Shown: positions 4,042 through 7,581 of the stretch, piece by piece | How positions within the stretch are numbered: the first letter of the stretch is position 1 | Layout of the letters: each line of letters starts with the position of its first letter | Origin: Delftia acidovorans NBRC 14950 | GTDB lineage: Bacteria > Pseudomonadota > Gammaproteobacteria > Burkholderiales > Burkholderiaceae_C | Length of the DNA: 7,581 bases | NCBI RefSeq assembly: GCF_001598795.1 | Contig: NZ_BCZP01000053.1 | Location: 1 to 7,581, forward strand | Reading direction: 5' to 3' | Notes under the pieces: model-generated | Databases searched by the model: none | What the model saw: only the letters and a program-made list of their open reading frames with translations | What the model was told of the DNA's origin: nothing | Position numbers and translations under genes: made by a program

Positions 4042-4879
4042 TATCAAGCCTGAGGGCGGTGATCGATACAAGCGTGCCCTGGCCGGCCTGGATGGTGGGC
4101 AGATTGCTCTGGCCACGGCCGAGGCCATCAACATGGGTGCGGGCCGTGTCAAGAATTCCATGCGCTCTGAAATGCAAAGCGTTTTCGACCGGCCCACGGG
4201 CTATGTGCTGCAGTCGGTGCAGGTGGTCAAGAAGGCCACGGCCGGCGACCTCAATGCGCTGGTGGCGCCTACCTACATGGGCGGCAAGGGCGTGGACCCG
4301 CAGCAGATCCTGGCCGCTCAGGAGGATGGCGGCCGGCGCCGTGACAAGCGCAGCGAGAAGGCCCTGCGCACGGCAGGCATCTTGCCCATTGGCTACCAGA
4401 CCGCGATCCCCGCCACTCCCTACCCGGGCAGCGATGACGGGCGCGGGAACCTCAAGGGCTCGACCCTGGTACAGCTGATTGCCTACTTCCAGGCCTTCGG
4501 CGAGCAGGGCTACCGGGCCAACATGACCAAGGGGCGCATGCAGGCCCTGCACCAGCGCGGCGGCAAAGGCGCGCGCTTCATGGGGCCGGTGAAGGGCATT
4601 CGCTACATCGTGGCCTATGGCCGTCTGCGCGGCGGTGCGCGGGCAACCGCGCGTGGCGAGTACGACAAGCGGGCATCCAATCTGCCGCCCGGCATTTGGG
4701 CGGTGACCGGCACAGGCGGCGCAGACGTGCGGCCGGTGCTGATGTTCGTGCGCGGCGGCAACTACAAGCCCCGCATCAGCCTGGACGGGGTGCGCAAGCG
4801 CTCGGGCATCGATGAGTTGGTTCCCCGCTGGGTCCGTGGCCGCGTCTATGACGCATTCAGGAAAGCCAGTCAGGGCTGA
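4031..4879 (+). CDS. Hypothetical protein (282 aa), unknown function
   Basis: It has strong G/C third-position bias. GGAGG (4021-4025) lies 5 nt before ATG 4031. It overlaps the CII-like stop by 11 nt. The N-terminus loosely recalls gpZ/HK97-gp10-type tail-completion proteins, from memory only. Confidence 0.85.
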   Translation: MRIDIKPEGGDRYKRALAGLDGGQIALATAEAINMGAGRVKNSMRSEMQSVFDRPTGYVLQSVQVVKKATAGDLNALVAPTYMGGKGVDPQQILAAQEDGGRRRDKRSEKALRTAGILPIGYQTAIPATPYPGSDDGRGNLKGSTLVQLIAYFQAFGEQGYRANMTKGRMQALHQRGGKGARFMGPVKGIRYIVAYGRLRGGARATARGEYDKRASNLPPGIWAVTGTGGADVRPVLMFVRGGNYKPRISLDGVRKRSGIDELVPRWVRGRVYDAFRKASQG

Positions 4880-4908
4880 CGGCCCGGCTGATATCAGGAG
4901 AGATAGAC

Positions 4909-5250
4909 ATGCAACACATCACCCAACAGGTGACCTCGCATGACACCAAGGCGGATTCTTTCTCCGCCATTGGTAATGCCACGCGGGTGCGCCTCAATGA
5001 ACGGCTGTACAGCAGCCTGGCCGAAGCCCACCGCCGGGGGCAGCCCGCCCTGAGCCGGCGCGAGCTGCGGGACTTCCATAACGAGTGCACGGGCGAATGG
5101 CTGGAGATCTCCAGCGTGGCCAGCACGGTCAATGCGCTGGTGGCGGCCAAGCGAGTGGAAGAGGTGGCGGCGCGGGCCTGCTCCCTGCCGCCGCATCGCC
5201 TGGTCAAGCCTGTGCGCTGCCGCCTGCAGCAGGCGACGTTGACGGACTGA
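4909..5250 (+). CDS. Hypothetical protein (113 aa), possible winged-helix DNA-binding protein
   Basis: AGGAGA lies 8 nt upstream of the ATG and coding bias is good. The segment LSRRELRDFHNECTGEWLEISSVASTVNALVAAKRVEEV looks wHTH-like, which is inference only. Confidence 0.8.
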   Translation: MQHITQQVTSHDTKADSFSAIGNATRVRLNERLYSSLAEAHRRGQPALSRRELRDFHNECTGEWLEISSVASTVNALVAAKRVEEVAARACSLPPHRLVKPVRCRLQQATLTD

Positions 5251-5274
5251 ATTGATATCGAAGGTTGAGCAGGC

Positions 5275-6345
5275 ATGAATCACTACCCCCACCACATCGG
5301 CGACTTCAACACCGCGACACGGCACTTGTCACGGCTGGAGCGTGCCATCTACCGTGACATGCGTGACATGTACTGTGACACCGAGGCGGCGTTGGACGGC
5401 TCCAGCTTCGATCTGCTGGCGCGGCGCCTGCTGTGCCGGTCGCCGGAAGAGATCGATGCCCTGCAGTTCGTGCTGGCTGAGTTCTTTACGCAGCTGCCCG
5501 ATGGCCGATATCAGAACGACGAATGCGAGCAGATCGTGGCCCAGTTCCGCCAGCAGCAGGAGGGGCGCAACGAGGTCAAGAGCAATGAGCATCTGCGGCA
5601 GAAGCGCAGCAGGGCTAGGCGTAGTGCTATCTTTTCTGCGCTTCGTACTCTGGGTGTCGTGCCTGCTGCCAAGGCGAAAGCTGCAGATCTGATGGCTCTG
5701 TGCCGTCAGCATGGGATCGTCGTGACAGATACCAGTGTCACGCTCAATGGCACGGACTGGCTTGGTGGTGATACGGGCAATGTCACGCCACGTCACGGTG
5801 ATGTCACGGGTGGTGTCACGCCTCGTCACGGGGATGACACGGGTAACCAGAACCAGAACCAAAACCAATACATACCCCCCAACCCCCCTGCAGGGGGGGC
5901 GAGTGGTGGACTGGCTATCGCCACGGCGCTTGCAGGCAGCTTCCCGGAGCATCGCCGCACCCGGTTGGTGGACGTGGCCGACGCCGTGGCCGATGCCATT
6001 GCCCGTGGCGACGTGACGGCCGAGGAACTGCTGGCTGCCGCTGAGCAGCAGCGTGGACTGCTGGCGGCGAAGGATGGCAAGGCCTGTCCCAGCCTGCTGC
6101 GCTGGGTGCGTGAGCAGCGTTGGAAGGACGTGGTGATGCTGGCCTCTGCGGCAGGCGAGGGGCAGCAGCCCGACAACTGGGCAGACACGCGCAGCGGCGT
6201 CGAGGGCATGGCGGCCAGCCTGGGCATGCCGGGCTACGACGACTGGTGCGATGCGCGCGCAGGGCAGGGCCTGCGGCGAGCGTTCGCGGACTACGAGGCG
6301 GCAGTGCATGCGCTGTTGGCCGAGCGTCAGGGGGTGTCGGCATGA
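5275..6345 (+). CDS. DUF1376 (YdaU-type) phage replication-associated protein, 356 aa
   Basis: The N-terminus MNHYPHHIGDFNTATRHLSRLERAIYRDMRDMYCDTE is the characteristic DUF1376 opening. A low-complexity linker and a C-terminal domain follow. Confidence 0.9.
   Translation: MNHYPHHIGDFNTATRHLSRLERAIYRDMRDMYCDTEAALDGSSFDLLARRLLCRSPEEIDALQFVLAEFFTQLPDGRYQNDECEQIVAQFRQQQEGRNEVKSNEHLRQKRSRARRSAIFSALRTLGVVPAAKAKAADLMALCRQHGIVVTDTSVTLNGTDWLGGDTGNVTPRHGDVTGGVTPRHGDDTGNQNQNQNQYIPPNPPAGGASGGLAIATALAGSFPEHRRTRLVDVADAVADAIARGDVTAEELLAAAEQQRGLLAAKDGKACPSLLRWVREQRWKDVVMLASAAGEGQQPDNWADTRSGVEGMAASLGMPGYDDWCDARAGQGLRRAFADYEAAVHALLAERQGVSA
5353..5370. repeat. Tandem 9-mer CGTGACATG x2, with a third GTGACA at 5375-5380
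   Basis: Read directly. It encodes RDM-RDM. The hexamer is the reverse complement of the motif arrayed at 5782-5841. Confidence 0.9.
5721..5742. repeat. Inverted repeat CGTGACA-N8-TGTCACG
   Basis: It has perfect 7-bp arms at 5721-5727 and 5736-5742. Confidence 0.9.
5782..5847. repeat. Two tandem 33-bp units carrying six phased GTCACG-type hexamers (iteron-like array)
   Basis: Hexamers start at 5782, 5792, 5803, 5815, 5825 and 5836 (the last is GACACG). The 21-mer cores GTCACGCCACGTCACGGTGAT and GTCACGCCTCGTCACGGGGAT are 19/21 identical. Confidence 0.85.
5845..5868. repeat. A-rich hexamer tract (AACCAG)2(AACCAA)2
   Basis: Read directly. It encodes the NQNQNQNQ run and is followed by TACATA. 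It is locally the least G/C-rich part of the gene. Confidence 0.9.
5883..5898. repeat. Perfect 16-bp palindrome CCCCCCTGCAGGGGGG
   Basis: Read directly. It is preceded by another C6 run at 5875-5880. Confidence 0.9.
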
Positions 6346-6494
6346 CGGTGCGCGCCCTCATCGGCGCGGCGGCGCCCCTCTCGATGTGCTCAAAAAATAG
6401 GCAGGATCGCGGGTCCTTTTTGGCCCCCTTGGAAGCGGGTAATTCGAGCCGCGCTCTCGGACTGTTGCGCAACCTTCCTAAGGGGGTTAAGTGA
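6342..6494 (+). CDS. Possible 50-aa ORF bridging the replication and terminase genes
   Basis: ATG 6342 overlaps the DUF1376 stop (ATGA), with AGGGGG 7 nt upstream. Its TGA (6492-6494) overlaps the GTG start of the small terminase (GTGA). Third-position G/C is fairly high. The peptide is MTVRALIGAAAPLSMCSKNRQDRGSFLAPLEAGNSSRALGLLRNLPKGVK. The call conflicts with the expectation of a cos site in this interval. Confidence 0.35.
   Translation: MTVRALIGAAAPLSMCSKNRQDRGSFLAPLEAGNSSRALGLLRNLPKGVK
6403..6421 (+). terminator. Weak hairpin plus T-run (possible leaky terminator)
   Basis: AGGATC-gcg-GGTCCT (one G-U pair) is followed by TTTT. An A6 run lies just upstream at 6392-6397. Confidence 0.25.
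6424..6486. promoter_or_regulatory. Long-range inverted repeat that includes the terminase SD
   Basis: CCCCCTTGGAAG (6424-6435) is complementary to CTTCC(T)AAGGGGG (6474-6486) with one bulged T. The right arm contains the AAGGGGG SD, 4 nt before GTG 6491. Confidence 0.5.
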
Positions 6495-7033
6495 AGGTCC
6501 TGCCTTACTTTGATGCTCCTATTTCGCAAGCAGAATTTGCGGCTTTGGTTGGTGTCAGCGAGGCTCGCGTGAGCCAGCTGGTGGGCGAAGGCGTGATCGT
6601 CCGGGGCGATTCGGGCCACGAATGGCTGCTGAGCTACTGCGAGCGCCTACGCGACCAGGCGGCGGGCCGCGCATCGGCCGGTTTGGGTGGTCTGGACCTG
6701 GTCCAGGAACGTGCGGCGCTGGCGCGCTCGCAGCGCGAGGCCCAGGACCTGAAAAACGCCGTCGCCCGTGGCGAATTCGCGCCCATCGGCGCCCTGGCCG
6801 ATGTCCTGGGGCTCGCCAGCTCAGCCGTGGTGGACCGCATGGACCAGATCGAGGGCCAGCTGCGCAAGGCCTGCCCGGATCTACCCGAAGATGCCCGCGT
6901 CACGGTGCTGCGCGTGCTCGCCGATGCGCGAAACGAGTGGATTCGCGTCACATCCAAGCTGATCGGCGAGCGCGTGGCGGCCATGGCCGAGGCGCCCGAC
7001 GAGGATGAGCTGGACGAGGAGGCCGCATTTTGA
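6491..7033 (+). CDS. Terminase small subunit, lambda Nu1-like (180 aa, GTG start)
   Basis: It has an N-terminal HTH (ISQAEFAALVGVSEARVSQLVGEGV). The segment RSQREAQDLKNAVARGEFAPIGALADVLGLASSAVVDRMDQIEGQL parallels lambda Nu1 RAQADAQELKNARDSAEVVETAF and the residues that follow it. It sits directly upstream of a gpA-like gene. Confidence 0.9.
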   Translation: MKVLPYFDAPISQAEFAALVGVSEARVSQLVGEGVIVRGDSGHEWLLSYCERLRDQAAGRASAGLGGLDLVQERAALARSQREAQDLKNAVARGEFAPIGALADVLGLASSAVVDRMDQIEGQLRKACPDLPEDARVTVLRVLADARNEWIRVTSKLIGERVAAMAEAPDEDELDEEAAF

Positions 7034-7581
7034 GCGCACCCCTGTCGAGAGAGGCCATTTCCGCCATCCAGGCCGCCGTGCAGCTGGGCCTGTCCAGCCT
7101 GCGGGCCGACGCACCGCAAACACTGTCCGAATGGGCCGCCGACCACTTCCTGCTGGCCGGCGAATCCAGCCACCAGAAGGGCGGTTGGGTGGCCTGGCCG
7201 TTCCAGGTGGGCATTCTGGACTTCATGAGCGACGACCGGATCGAGGAACTGGCCGTCAAGAAGTCCAAGCGCGTCGGCTACTCGAAAATGATCACGGCCT
7301 TCGTCTGCTACAACATCGCGCACCGCCGACGCAAGCAGGCGCTGTGGCAGCCCACGGACGACGACCGTGACAGCTTCGTCAAGACCGAGATCGAGCCCCT
7401 GCTGGACAGCAAGGACGGCGTGCCCTCTGTGATCGCGGCCCGCAAGCAGGGCAGCCGGGTCGAGGAGACCATCAAGTACAAGCCTTTCCGTGACAGCGTG
7501 CTGCACCTGCTGGGCGGCAAGGCGGCGCGGGCCTACCGCCGTATCACGGTGGCCGTGGCCATCCTGGACGAATGGACTGCG
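7030..7581 (+). CDS. Terminase large subunit, lambda gpA-like, N-terminal 184 codons (continues past the right edge)
   Basis: It is not in the ORF track because it is open-ended. TTG 7030 overlaps the Nu1-like stop, and GAGGAGG lies 7 nt upstream. The translation LSEWAADHFLLAGESSHQKGGWVAWPFQVGILDFMSDDRIEELAVKKSKRVGYSKM...LGGKAARAYRR closely tracks the remembered gpA N-terminus (ESSYVEGRWEAYPFQRAIMDAM...VKSARVGYSKM...GGKAAKNYR). Confidence 0.9.
   Translation, partial: MSAPLSREAISAIQAAVQLGLSSLRADAPQTLSEWAADHFLLAGESSHQKGGWVAWPFQVGILDFMSDDRIEELAVKKSKRVGYSKMITAFVCYNIAHRRRKQALWQPTDDDRDSFVKTEIEPLLDSKDGVPSVIAARKQGSRVEETIKYKPFRDSVLHLLGGKAARAYRRITVAVAILDEWTA

Larger units (their letters stand above)
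1..7581. mobile_element. Prophage segment (lambdoid, Nu1/gpA cos-type packaging): early-left genes, immunity cassette, early-right/replication module, start of packaging module
   Basis: A divergent CI-type (HTH+S24) and Cro-type gene pair is followed by CII-like, DUF1376 and Nu1-like/gpA-like terminase genes. No host housekeeping genes are seen. Neither end of the element lies in the window. Confidence 0.85.

Noticed and set aside
3968-4552. 194-aa minus-strand ORF, plus 3526..3909 (-), 3606..4031 (-) and 4038..4478 (+).
   Set aside because: They overlap the strongly coding cII-like and 282-aa plus-strand genes. No SD is present and the composition is poor.
5782-5847. Possible CRISPR-like or minisatellite repeat.
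   Set aside because: There are only two 33-bp units. They are directly tandem with no spacers, and they sit in frame within a coding sequence. I interpret them as an iteron or linker repeat instead.
5329-6309. 326-aa minus-strand ORF, plus 5915..6619 (-) and 5826..6227 (-).
   Set aside because: They are antisense shadows of the confidently identified DUF1376 gene. Their peptides are Arg/His/Leu-rich with no recognisable motifs.
6634-7506. 290-aa minus-strand ORF, plus the plus-strand ORFs 6622..7008 and 7005..7370.
   Set aside because: They are shadows of the Nu1-like and gpA-like terminase genes, whose translations match remembered family sequences closely.

Overview
This window looks like an internal segment of a temperate, lambda-like (cos-type) prophage in a high-GC, probably betaproteobacterial, host. 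All family assignments come from reading the translations against remembered family signatures; no search was run.

Layout, left to right:
- 1-1720: a minus-strand early-left block. It holds small unknown genes, one broken by a heptamer-repeat frameshift, two tandem paralogues, and about 600 bp that is ORF-poor but rich in hairpins.
- 1720-2980: a visibly lower-GC immunity cassette. It runs from a leftward promoter (PL-like) through a lipoprotein gene and an HTH + S24-peptidase CI/LexA-type repressor to an operator region.
- 2980-6345: a plus-strand early-right operon. It encodes a Cro/YdaS-like HTH protein, an oppositely oriented small ORF, a CII (CP76-type) regulator, a 282-aa unknown, a 113-aa unknown and a DUF1376/YdaU-type replication-associated protein.
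- 6342-6494: a short junction.
- 6491-7581: Nu1-like small and gpA-like large terminase genes. The large subunit runs off the right edge and is absent from the ORF track.

Most interesting signals:
- a helically phased GTCACG iteron-like array, an A-rich tract and a G/C palindrome inside the DUF1376 gene, which I read as a candidate origin;
- a perfect (TGATCGG)x3 tract that frameshifts a small gene;
- near-identical outward promoters (TTGACC-N17-TAAAGT) sharing an operator on both flanks of the immunity cassette;
- a repressor-linked lipoprotein;
- a pair of unknown tandem paralogues;
- a 50-aa ORF that bridges the replication and packaging modules, where a cos site would be expected.

Most long ORFs in the track for the high-GC parts are antisense or off-frame shadows.
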